A stretch of 61,251 nt of DNA. Source: a virus. The notes below the pieces were generated by a model. The model saw only the letters and a list, made by a program, of their open reading frames with translations, searched no databases and was not told the origin of the DNA. Shown here piece by piece: positions 23,110 to 31,460 of this stretch (positions are counted from its first letter, which is position 1; every line of letters starts with the position of its first letter). Location: IMG/VR virus record IMGVR_UViG_3300029951_000031; one strand, 5' to 3'. The translations under genes and the position numbers were made by a program.

Positions 23110-23234
23110 CCGAGGGCTTTCAAGGAAGCGCACAGTACTTGCGCCGACGACTTTGTGCGCAGTCGCATGTCGGCGCGTTTCCTTGAGAGCCGGCAACGAG
23201 GCAAAAGAATATGCCGGAATCCGCTAGATAGCTC

Positions 23235-23621
23235 ATGTACCGAGAAAAAATCCGTGGTGCCGGAATGATGACTTTGAGAAAGTCGCTCTGCGTCCATCGA
23301 GCATCAAAGCGCTATTTTCAGCGGATGCTGAAGAAGTGGATGGGCAATAATCGTTGTCCAGGACGCTTGAATGAAGCCGATTCAGACGTGACTAGCTGTA
23401 ATCGCATCGCAGAAACGCTAAGAATGGCACATTCTGCGGAAGTTGAAAAGATTTACGAACGGCTGGCTCAAAATTCATGCATGGCATCGGGGAAAACTTT
23501 TGGTACTGAGCGGAATTTTGCGTCAGTCGAAGCCGATGCCAGCCATGAATTTGAATCAAGTGAGTGGATCAGCGAGGGCAATTCTAATTCCCTCGCTGAG
23601 ATTGCCGTTTCCGCGCTTTAG
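23235..23621 (+). CDS. Doubtful ORF in an AT-richer patch (128 aa)
   Basis: ORF track only. Overlaps the 3' end of the convergent gene by 66 nt and has no clear SD. Confidence 0.3.
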   Translation: MYREKIRGAGMMTLRKSLCVHRASKRYFQRMLKKWMGNNRCPGRLNEADSDVTSCNRIAETLRMAHSAEVEKIYERLAQNSCMASGKTFGTERNFASVEADASHEFESSEWISEGNSNSLAEIAVSAL

Positions 23622-23900
23622 CGCTTTAGCGACGCTAGCGGCATCAAGATAGACATTCACACGCTTTCCCCCCGTCATTTCTGGGGGGCGTCCGAGTGAC
23701 GGCGGCGTTTCGCGGCGATCACGTGCCTCGCCGGGTCTTTCCCACTCGCCGCCCACTTTTTGGCGTGCGATGTATATCCAACGGGCATAATCAATCTTAT
23801 TGAGCGCTTTTTCGGCGGCAGCTGCGGTGCGATGCGTGCTGATGATGTCGCCGAACGCATCCGAGTTAGGGTCGAAGGTCACTACGGCAAATTTAGACAT
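23556..23900 (-). CDS. MSKFAV-family protein with an RHH-like C-terminus (unit A regulator)
   Basis: 114 aa. Paralog of 24491..24877. C-terminal KRVNVYLDAASVAKALKRGNGNLSEGIRIAL looks like a ribbon-helix-helix. GAGG SD. Confidence 0.65.
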   Translation of the reverse strand: MSKFAVVTFDPNSDAFGDIISTHRTAAAAEKALNKIDYARWIYIARQKVGGEWERPGEARDRRETPPSLGRPPEMTGGKRVNVYLDAASVAKALKRGNGNLSEGIRIALADPLT

Positions 23901-23909
23901 TTTTATGCC

Positions 23910-24122
23910 TCAGATGCTTTTTATGGCGTGAATTGCTTCTTCAACCGCGTCGAAGACATCCTCCCAGCTATTCACTTCGCCGTCTTCTCCCACAAACGAG
24001 ACTACATACCCACCTTCTTGTCTGGTGATTGCGGTATCGCCTGGACTGCATTGATTGGAAATAGTTTGGTCTTCATCCACGACAACGATTTCATGGCCTG
24101 CGTGTGCGATGCGAATGGTCAT
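23910..24122 (-). CDS. Hypothetical acidic protein (70 aa)
   Basis: ORF track; GGGGA SD; member of unit A. Confidence 0.55.
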   Translation of the reverse strand: MTIRIAHAGHEIVVVDEDQTISNQCSPGDTAITRQEGGYVVSFVGEDGEVNSWEDVFDAVEEAIHAIKSI

Positions 24123-24157
24123 TTTGATTCCCCAGTGGGAGTCCCGGAGGGCCGGTG

Positions 24158-24397
24158 TTATTCGTCGTTTTGATGGTCTGCGGCGATGCGGGTGGGTGCG
24201 CCGTACATGGCTTCTACGAACTTCGGCTTGGTCTTTTCCGCGGCGAGGCGAGTCAAGCGGCTACGAAGAAAACCAAAGCTTTGCTCAGATAGTGCCTCGA
24301 CTGCTGCTTCAGGAGTGGTGCTGCTGGTGAATTCAGCGCATTCGGTGAAGACCGCGAGCATCGGAAATTCGGCGGTAAGGGCTTGAAGTTTGGTCAT
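24158..24397 (-). CDS. Hypothetical protein (79 aa from the ATG at 24397)
   Basis: CCGGAGA SD. First gene after promoter PA. Confidence 0.55.
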   Translation of the reverse strand: MTKLQALTAEFPMLAVFTECAEFTSSTTPEAAVEALSEQSFGFLRSRLTRLAAEKTKPKFVEAMYGAPTRIAADHQNDE

Positions 24398-24442
24398 TTC
24401 GTCTCTCCGGTTTGTTGTGGACCTCGCTGCATCCATGACTCT

Positions 24443-24486
24443 ATTATATACACACAAAACAAGAATGCAAGATATTTGTGTGTATA
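24443..24486 (-). promoter_or_regulatory. Promoter PA with a 12-bp inverted-repeat operator
   Basis: Minus strand TTGCAT (24465..24470), a 16-nt spacer, then TATAAT (24443..24448). TATACACACAAA (24447..24458) pairs with TTTGTGTGTATA (24475..24486). Confidence 0.6.
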
Positions 24487-24490
24487 AATA

Positions 24491-24877
24491 TTAAAAATAT
24501 TTGCTTGCTGCTTCGAGCAGCGCGCGCGCAATGACCGCAGTAGCGCTAGCTGCATAGCCGGATCGCTGCAGAGTATCGAGTGCTGCGGCGGCGTCGGGTT
24601 GCAGTGAGCCGCCCGGAAGCCGGCGACCGCCACGCTCACGCAGAGCAGATTCGGATTTTCGGACGCGTTGAGCGGCAGTGAAAGCGGGTGGAGTTTCGCG
24701 GCGATCACGAGCATCAAGATAGCGCTCCCACTCACCATCCGGCTTGCGGTGGGCGACATAAGCGCCCGGCGCGTCAGGTTGTGCTTTGATGGCTGCGCCC
24801 TCGCTGCGATGCGTGCTCACAATGTAGCCGAGCTCGCTGCTGTTAAGGTCGGCGATGATGACGGCAAATTTGGACAT
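24491..24877 (-). CDS. MSKFAV-family protein with an RHH-like C-terminus (unit B regulator)
   Basis: 128 aa. Shares MSKFAV..D.NS...STHR...GEWER...ARDRRETPP with 23556..23900. AGGAGG SD. Confidence 0.65.
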   Translation of the reverse strand: MSKFAVIIADLNSSELGYIVSTHRSEGAAIKAQPDAPGAYVAHRKPDGEWERYLDARDRRETPPAFTAAQRVRKSESALRERGGRRLPGGSLQPDAAAALDTLQRSGYAASATAVIARALLEAASKYF

Positions 24878-24898
24878 GGTGCTTCCTCCTTAATAAGG

Positions 24899-25123
24899 TC
24901 AATCGCCGATTTCGTGAGAAATTTCCAACCATTCGCCGTCACGCAACTGGGATGCGGCATCCTGCGCAGCGTGAACGTCGCGCGCGTTCAGATCGGCGCG
25001 GTTCAGTCTTGTATATTCAGCATAGTCATCGGCATCGAATGCCTGACCAGCCTCAACATAAAACTTGAAACCGCTGAAATCGGGAGTAGTCGTGACAGTG
25101 GTGTTGATCGAGACGTTGTTCAT
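24899..25123 (-). CDS. Hypothetical acidic protein (74 aa)
   Basis: ORF track; CCGGAGA SD; first gene after promoter PB. Confidence 0.55.
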   Translation of the reverse strand: MNNVSINTTVTTTPDFSGFKFYVEAGQAFDADDYAEYTRLNRADLNARDVHAAQDAASQLRDGEWLEISHEIGD

Positions 25124-25167
25124 TTTAATCTCCGGTTGGTTGCGGGTTTTGCTGAACCCATGAATCT

Positions 25168-25195
25168 ATTATATACGTTACGCGCGTAACGTCAA
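25168..25195 (-). promoter_or_regulatory. Promoter PB with an 18-bp perfect palindrome operator
   Basis: Minus strand TTGACG (25190..25195), a 16-nt spacer, then TATAAT (25168..25173). ACGTTACGCGCGTAACGT (25175..25192) fills the spacer. Confidence 0.65.
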
Positions 25196-25219
25196 GATGT
25201 TTTTGCATTTAGAGGGCGC

Positions 25220-25477
25220 ATGATCAAATCACTTCCCGGCATGGTGCTTCCCGCCGCCGACATTGATTACACCGACCTGAAAAAATTCGGGCGCGTGACC
25301 ATCGATTACACGGCTAAGGGCGTTGAGATCGCCGTAGAGGGGTTTGAGTTCGCTGACGGCGGTAGTTGCCGGATTGTTTGCACAAAAGGCATGGCATGGG
25401 CGCGTGATGTGCTCGCTGCGGTCGTAGAGGCGGACCGCTTGATCCCCGGCGGTCACATGCGCGCCTCTGTAGATTAA
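25220..25477 (+). CDS. Hypothetical protein (85 aa)
   Basis: ORF track. GAGGG SD. Divergent from PB. Confidence 0.55.
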   Translation: MIKSLPGMVLPAADIDYTDLKKFGRVTIDYTAKGVEIAVEGFEFADGGSCRIVCTKGMAWARDVLAAVVEADRLIPGGHMRASVD

Positions 25478-25504
25478 GAAACCAAATCTCCTCCAGTTGG
25501 CGAG

Positions 25505-25539
25505 AGCCGCCGGATTGCCTGCCTAGAGCGGGCTTTTTT
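25505..25539 (+). terminator. Probable terminator
   Basis: Imperfect AGCCGC...GCGGGCT stem followed by TTTTTT. Confidence 0.45.
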
Positions 25540-25764
25540 ACAAGCGCAGCACCGGCGCATTTCAGCCGCTCCGCCCGCCTGGGCATAGGCTAATCATTGC
25601 GCCCGCTGCCCAGGCAAGCGCTGAGTGCCTGAAACAACCGGCGCAGCGCATCACGTGGCGCTCCTGGGGCCTCCCCAGGGAATGGCGGCGGGGATGCGCA
25701 GTTTCTGAGTAGATTTCTCCAACGTCGCCCGAGCCACAAGAAAATAATCACTCAAAGGCAAGCA

Positions 25765-26385
25765 ATGGCGCAGCCAGATAAAGCGGCGCCGGACTGGGAG
25801 CGGATCGAAGCCGACTACCGGGTCGGCATCTTATCCATACGCGAGATCGCCGCATCGCAAGGCATTACCGATACCGCAATCCGCAAGCGTGCCAAGCGTG
25901 ACGGATGGGTTCGAGACCTTGCCGCAAAGGTACAGGCCAAGGCAGACGCACTGGTTCGCACCGCAGAGGTTCGCAGCAAGGTTCGCACAGAAGGTGCGAT
26001 CCCGGAGCGCGAACTGATCGACGCGGGGGCCGAGACTGTTGCGACGGTCAAACTCACCCAGCGCAAAGATATCGCCCGTGCCAGAACGCTTGCGATGTCG
26101 CTGCTTGCCGAGTTGGAAGCTGAAACGGGAAGCATTGACTTGTTCCACGAACTGGGCGAAATGCTCAGGGCCGAGGATGACAAGGGACAAGACAAGCGCA
26201 ACGACCTGTATCAGAAGGTCATTTCCAGTGCTGGCCGAATCGACAGCATGAAGAAGATGGCCGACACGATTAAGGTGCTGGTCGCTCTCGAACGTGAGGC
26301 ATACGGCATCGCTGAGGCGGCGGCGCAGCCTGTCAAAGACAACGCGCAACTTCTAAAGGAGATTGCGGCTCACCTCCCCGACTGA
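25765..26385 (+). CDS. terS: Terminase small subunit
   Basis: 206 aa. N-terminal HTH-like ILSIREIAASQGITDTAIRKRAKRDGW. Immediately upstream of TerL. Confidence 0.7.
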   Translation: MAQPDKAAPDWERIEADYRVGILSIREIAASQGITDTAIRKRAKRDGWVRDLAAKVQAKADALVRTAEVRSKVRTEGAIPERELIDAGAETVATVKLTQRKDIARARTLAMSLLAELEAETGSIDLFHELGEMLRAEDDKGQDKRNDLYQKVISSAGRIDSMKKMADTIKVLVALEREAYGIAEAAAQPVKDNAQLLKEIAAHLPD

Positions 26386-27716
26386 TGGCACTCAACCTGC
26401 AAACACAGCGTGAATTGGCCCGCTGGTACAAGTTGATTGACCATCCGGTGCAGACGGAACTGATTCATGCCGTAGAGAACGGCGTTCGCTTCCCGGTTGT
26501 TCCTGCTGGCCGGCGATCAGGCAAAACTGAACGAGCCAAGCGCTTCGTTGCCAAGATGGCGATGAAGAATGCCGGCGAGATGTACTTCATTGCCGCGCCT
26601 ACCAGAGATCAGGTAAAAAAGATCTACTGGGCGGACATGAAGAAGCTGTGCCTGACGAGCCTATGTTCCAAGGCGCCGTCCGAGACAGAGCTCACGATCT
26701 ATCTGGACAACGGCACGCAGGTTCAACTGATCGGCCTGGATCGTCCGGAGCGCATCGAAGGCGTGTTCTGGTCGGGTGGCGTGATTGACGAAATCGCCGA
26801 CGTGAAAGCTGAAGCGTGGGAGGCGAACATCCGTCCTGCGTTGGACACGTTCAATCCTACTCGCCCTGAATACAAGGCATGGTGCTGGCTCATCGGCGTT
26901 CCTGACGGGCTGAATCACTATTACGACATGGCGCAGTACGCCGAGTCGGGCAACGATCCGGACTGGAAGCTATTCCACTGGAAGAGTGCGGAAATCCTGC
27001 CGGCTGACACGATCGCCGCGGCAAAGCGCCAGATGTCGGCCAAGCAGTACAAACAGGAATACGAGGCTAGCTTTGAGGGTGCAACGGGCCGCATCTACGA
27101 GGATTACGACCGCACAAACCACACGGACGCGCGCATTCAGCCGCACGAACAGTTGCTGTGGATGCATGACCAGAACTTTACGCCGCTGTCCTCCGCGATT
27201 GGCGTGCGGCGCGACAACGGGCTTTATCTGCTCGATGAAATCGTTTTGACGAGCGCCATTTCCAAGCAATCGGCCATGGAGTTTGTCGAGAAGTTTGTCA
27301 ATCACCAGAATCGCGAAGTGCTGATCTATGGCGATCCTGCTGGGCGAGCTGGTGAGAAACACGGTCACGCATCGGATTACACCGATATCGAAGGCGTGCT
27401 GAAGGCGCATAACTGGCGGTTCGTGCGCAAGGTCAAGCCTGCTGCGCCGGCCATCAAGGATCGGCAGAACGCGGTGCGCACGAAGATTCGCACCGCAGAC
27501 GGCATGCGCAGCCTGTTCGTCAATCCGACGACCGCTAAGTGGTGCGACAAAGGTCTGGCAACGGTCCAGTTGCAGGAAGGATCGACGTTTCAGGAAGACC
27601 AAAAGAACAAGTACCAGCACATTACGACCGCCATCGGGTATTGCGTGGACGTCGAATGGCCGAGCATTAAGGGTATTGCGACGCATGGTGCCCACGTTCC
27701 ACACATGATTCGATAA
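26385..27716 (+). CDS. terL: Terminase large subunit
   Basis: 443 aa. Walker A-like PAGRRSGKTE, plus size and position. Confidence 0.8.
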   Translation: MALNLQTQRELARWYKLIDHPVQTELIHAVENGVRFPVVPAGRRSGKTERAKRFVAKMAMKNAGEMYFIAAPTRDQVKKIYWADMKKLCLTSLCSKAPSETELTIYLDNGTQVQLIGLDRPERIEGVFWSGGVIDEIADVKAEAWEANIRPALDTFNPTRPEYKAWCWLIGVPDGLNHYYDMAQYAESGNDPDWKLFHWKSAEILPADTIAAAKRQMSAKQYKQEYEASFEGATGRIYEDYDRTNHTDARIQPHEQLLWMHDQNFTPLSSAIGVRRDNGLYLLDEIVLTSAISKQSAMEFVEKFVNHQNREVLIYGDPAGRAGEKHGHASDYTDIEGVLKAHNWRFVRKVKPAAPAIKDRQNAVRTKIRTADGMRSLFVNPTTAKWCDKGLATVQLQEGSTFQEDQKNKYQHITTAIGYCVDVEWPSIKGIATHGAHVPHMIR

Positions 27717-27743
27717 CGGCCGTGCGCGGCTTCCGACACGCCA

Positions 27744-29204
27744 ATGTTCAAGACCCTCCAAAAAACGTTCAATCAGGACAAGGATTTCCCGGAGCGCGCA
27801 TTCCGAATCCAGGTCCTTCAGCGCGTCCTGGCAGGCACGCTGTACGACGAACTCCAGCACGCATTCGGCAAAGAGAAGAACGACGCCGAGGAATACATCC
27901 CTCTACGTGAGCGCCGGCCGAGCGTCCGCTCGAATCTGTGCCGCACGGTAGTTGACGATTCGGTCTCGCTGCTGTTCTCCGAAGCGCATTTCCCTTCGGT
28001 TGAGCTCAAGGACGAGGGTCAGAAGAAAGCGCTTCAGAAGCTGATCAAAGAGTCTGCGTTGAATCAGGTGATGATTGATGCAGCCACGCACGGAAGCGTG
28101 GGCAGCGCGGCCATCCTGTTCAAGGTACTGAGCAAGCGCGTGTTCTTCGAGGTGATGGATACATCGTATCTCACGCCGACATGGAACCCGAAGGCACCTG
28201 ACACGCTGCAAGCCGTCACGGAACTGTACAAGGTCTCAGGCGCAAGCCTCCGAGCGACCGGTTACACGATTGCCGACGATGATCTGAAGGCCGATTTCTG
28301 GTTCCAGCGCGTGTGGGATCAGGCTGCTGAAACATGGTTCACGCCATGGAAGGTGGCTGAGGCCAAACTGAAGCCGGTTGTTCCCAAGCCTGACAAGAAG
28401 CGCACGGTCAAGCATGACTTAGGCTTCGTGCCGGTCGTATGGATCAAGAATCTGCCAGGCGGCGACGCCATCGATGGACTTCCGACGTTCCCGAACGAAG
28501 CGATCGAGACGCAGATCGAGATCGACTATCAGCTGTCGCAAGCTGGGCGAGGACTGAAGTACACGTCCGACCCGACGCTGCTCATCAAAGAGCCTTTGTT
28601 TGGCAACAAAGGCGCGACCGTGAAGGGTGCTGCCAATGCGCTGATCGTCAGCGAGCAAGGCGATGCCAAGCTGCTGGAGATCAACGGCACAGGCGCTGCT
28701 GCCGTCCTCGAATACGTCAAGCATCTGCGCGAGATAGCGCTAGAAACGATGCACGGCAATCAGACGAGCCCCGAAAAGATGGCCACGGCTCAGTCCGGCC
28801 GCGCGATGGAGATCATGCAGGGAGCGCTGATCAATCTCGCTGACCGGTTGCGCATCAGCTACGGCGAGGGCGCGCTGCTCGAACTCATTTGCATGATCGC
28901 CAAAGCGTCTCAGGCTTTCGCGCTCGTGTTCAAGGATGGCGAGAAGGTCGGCAAGATCGATCACAAACAGGGCATTTCATTGCGCTGGCCCGAGTGGTTC
29001 CCGCCAACGATGTCGGACATGCAGATGGAGGCGAATACGCTTCATCAACTCTGCAATGCCGGCCTGTTGAGCCGCGAAACGGCGATCAAGGTTCTGGCTG
29101 CGAAATACGACATTGAGAACCCCGCCGCTGAGAAGCTGCTTGCAGATGCGGACATGGCCGAGCGGAATGCAGCCGCGCAGGTCCAGGCGAAGATCGCCGA
29201 GTAA
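27744..29204 (+). CDS. Portal protein
   Basis: 486 aa directly after TerL and before the scaffold gene. Confidence 0.7.
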   Translation: MFKTLQKTFNQDKDFPERAFRIQVLQRVLAGTLYDELQHAFGKEKNDAEEYIPLRERRPSVRSNLCRTVVDDSVSLLFSEAHFPSVELKDEGQKKALQKLIKESALNQVMIDAATHGSVGSAAILFKVLSKRVFFEVMDTSYLTPTWNPKAPDTLQAVTELYKVSGASLRATGYTIADDDLKADFWFQRVWDQAAETWFTPWKVAEAKLKPVVPKPDKKRTVKHDLGFVPVVWIKNLPGGDAIDGLPTFPNEAIETQIEIDYQLSQAGRGLKYTSDPTLLIKEPLFGNKGATVKGAANALIVSEQGDAKLLEINGTGAAAVLEYVKHLREIALETMHGNQTSPEKMATAQSGRAMEIMQGALINLADRLRISYGEGALLELICMIAKASQAFALVFKDGEKVGKIDHKQGISLRWPEWFPPTMSDMQMEANTLHQLCNAGLLSRETAIKVLAAKYDIENPAAEKLLADADMAERNAAAQVQAKIAE

Positions 29205-29247
29205 ATAATTCCCGCATTACCCCGGCTCGATGCCGGATATCAACTAC

Positions 29248-29274
29248 AGCCGCTCGATGCGGCTATTTCTATTT
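29248..29274 (+). terminator. Terminator-like hairpin after the portal gene
   Basis: AGCCGC-TCGAT-GCGGCT followed by ATTTCTATTT. It is preceded by CCGGC-TCGAT-GCCGG (29222..29236). Confidence 0.5.
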
Positions 29275-29285
29275 GTGAGGGCTAG

Positions 29286-29903
29286 ATGCCTACCCTGTTG
29301 CGCCAAATGATGATGCAGAACCGCTTGATGTCGCCAGAAGGCGACGATGCCACGCACGTGGCGCCGACAGCGCCTGTGGTTCCGGTTCAAGGCAAGGAAA
29401 CGTTCTCCCGCGAATACGTGCAGGAATTGCGGCAAGAAAACGCCACATACCGCACGCGCGCCAACGAAGCCGAGAAGAAGGCTCAGGAAGCCGTCGACAA
29501 AGCGACGCTCGCGCAGACCGAAGCCGAAGCCCGTGCGACGAAAGCCGCAACGGATGCAGATGCCAAGGTCAAGGAAACGCACACGGCCGCCGAGCAACGC
29601 ATCATTCGGGCCGAACTCAAGGCCGAAGCCATCAAGGCTGGCATGGTTGATCTGGACGGGCTGAAACTGGCCGATCTGTCGACCGTGAAGCTTGACGAGA
29701 AGGGCGAAGTGGTGGGTGCCGAAGACATGCTCAAGGCACTGAAAGAAGCCAAGCCGTATCTCTTCAAGGAAGCATCGAGCAGCAGCAGCATCGATCCGGT
29801 CCCTCCCAAGGAAAAGCCGAAGCCATTCGACGCCAAGACCGCAACGGATGCCGAACTTCAGGCAAAAGCGCGCGAACTCGGCGTGAAGATCAAAACGCAT
29901 TAA
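29286..29903 (+). CDS. Scaffolding protein
   Basis: 205 aa, Ala/Glu/Lys-rich with coiled-coil character, lying between the portal and capsid genes. Confidence 0.65.
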   Translation: MPTLLRQMMMQNRLMSPEGDDATHVAPTAPVVPVQGKETFSREYVQELRQENATYRTRANEAEKKAQEAVDKATLAQTEAEARATKAATDADAKVKETHTAAEQRIIRAELKAEAIKAGMVDLDGLKLADLSTVKLDEKGEVVGAEDMLKALKEAKPYLFKEASSSSSIDPVPPKEKPKPFDAKTATDAELQAKARELGVKIKTH

Positions 29904-29922
29904 GCCGTACCCGCACTACCCC

Positions 29923-29989
29923 GTGAGTCCTGACGACGAGGGGAAAGCAATCGATTCCCCCCTTCATTCCTCGTTTTAACAGGACTCAC
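29923..29989 (+). promoter_or_regulatory. Long hairpin sequestering the capsid-gene SD
   Basis: GTGAGTCCTG (29923..29932) pairs perfectly with CAGGACTCAC (29980..29989). The 3' arm contains AGGA and ends 3 nt before the ATG. Confidence 0.5.
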
Positions 29990-29992
29990 GCT

Positions 29993-31354
29993 ATGTCTAT
30001 CAATAACCTCCCGGCCGCGCTGCAAAGCGTGATCCAAACGGGCCTGCTTGAACATCAGTTCAACCTGCCGCTCAAAGCCAAACTCGGCTTCCGTGACATC
30101 GCCGATCGCGAGCCGTTCACGGCCAACATCGGTGAAACCATCACCAAGACCCGCACGGGCTTGCTGCCGGCGAACACCACGCCGATGTCGCCCGCTGCCA
30201 ATAGCGACATCACCAGTGGACTGACCCCGCAGAACTACTCGGTCGAGCAGTATGTGCTGGCGATCGCGCAGTACGCAGCGAACATGCAGATCAACATCGT
30301 GACCCAAAAGGTTGCGATTGCCGATCTGTATCTGCGCAACGCGTACACGCTTGGCGAACAAGCATTCCGCTCGGTCGATACGCTCGCGCAGCAAACGCTG
30401 TTCAACACGTATCTCGGCGGCAACACGCGCGTTCGTGTGACGCTGGGCTCGACGGGGCCGACGATCTCGGTCGATGACATCCGCGGTTTCCAGAACACGT
30501 TCAACACGCTCGGCCAGGTGGTGCCGGTGTCGAGCTCGTTCCCGGTAAACGTGACGGTGGGCAGCGACATTTACTCGCTGACCGGTTCATCTGCTGACGG
30601 CTCGAACGTGTCGACATCGCCTGGCGGTGTGTCGGGCACGCTGACGTTCTCGACGAACGTCACGGTGGCAGACGGTACGCTGGCTCAGCCGGTCGTGTCT
30701 GCGGTCGCGCCGTACGTACTGCGTCCCAGCACGTCGAGTGGCAATGTGATGGCTGCAACCACGGCCGCCATCTCGTCGTCCAGCGACATCAACAACGGCA
30801 AGTTGACGATGAACATGATCCTGAACGCGAAGGCCACGATGTCGGCCAACGGCGTTCCGGTGGGCAACAGCTCGGGCATGTACAACCTGTACATCGATCC
30901 GATTCAGGCGACCGGATTGTATAGCGACCCGGCGTTCCAGCAATTCTTCCGCGGTCAGGTGACGACTGAAGAGTATCGGCGCGGCATCATCGCCGAAATG
31001 CTCGGCGTGCGCTTGCAGGAAACGAATCTAAACCCGGTTCAGACTTTGTCTGGTGTGGGTACGGTTCGCCGCGCGTTGCTGTGCGGTCAAGGCGCGCTGG
31101 TCGAGGGCGAGTTCACCAACACGGCATACGCCGAAGCGCTGGCGACGGTGGACAAAGACGAACTGATCACCATCGTGGAAGGCATCGCGCACGTGACGCG
31201 CGAACCGCTGGATGCGCTCAAGCAGGTGGTGACGCAGACGTGGTCGTACATCGGCGGCTTTGTTGTGCCCAGCGATATCACCACCACCGCAGCGACCGTG
31301 CCGACGGCCAACAGTTCCGCTTTCAAACGGGGCATACTCTTAGAGTCTTTGTAA
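29993..31354 (+). CDS. Major capsid protein (by position)
   Basis: 453 aa following the scaffold gene. I recognise no protease or decoration motifs. Confidence 0.6.
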   Translation: MSINNLPAALQSVIQTGLLEHQFNLPLKAKLGFRDIADREPFTANIGETITKTRTGLLPANTTPMSPAANSDITSGLTPQNYSVEQYVLAIAQYAANMQINIVTQKVAIADLYLRNAYTLGEQAFRSVDTLAQQTLFNTYLGGNTRVRVTLGSTGPTISVDDIRGFQNTFNTLGQVVPVSSSFPVNVTVGSDIYSLTGSSADGSNVSTSPGGVSGTLTFSTNVTVADGTLAQPVVSAVAPYVLRPSTSSGNVMAATTAAISSSSDINNGKLTMNMILNAKATMSANGVPVGNSSGMYNLYIDPIQATGLYSDPAFQQFFRGQVTTEEYRRGIIAEMLGVRLQETNLNPVQTLSGVGTVRRALLCGQGALVEGEFTNTAYAEALATVDKDELITIVEGIAHVTREPLDALKQVVTQTWSYIGGFVVPSDITTTAATVPTANSSAFKRGILLESL

Positions 31355-31460
31355 TCTGATTTAGGGTTACAATTAAAGGGCTTGGATAGGGGGCACCCGA
31401 CAAGCTGGTTTGACCGCCAGTTTCCAAGCACTTCAACGGTCTCCTCTAGTCAAGGAAAGC

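Noticed and set aside
26970-27860. A 296-aa minus-strand ORF opposite terL and the portal gene
   Set aside because: It is antisense to TerL, which has a Walker A motif, and crosses a gene boundary. It is Arg/Leu-rich and shadow-like. The same reasoning applies to 40145..41095, 47401..48426, 14586..15254 and 29244..29900.
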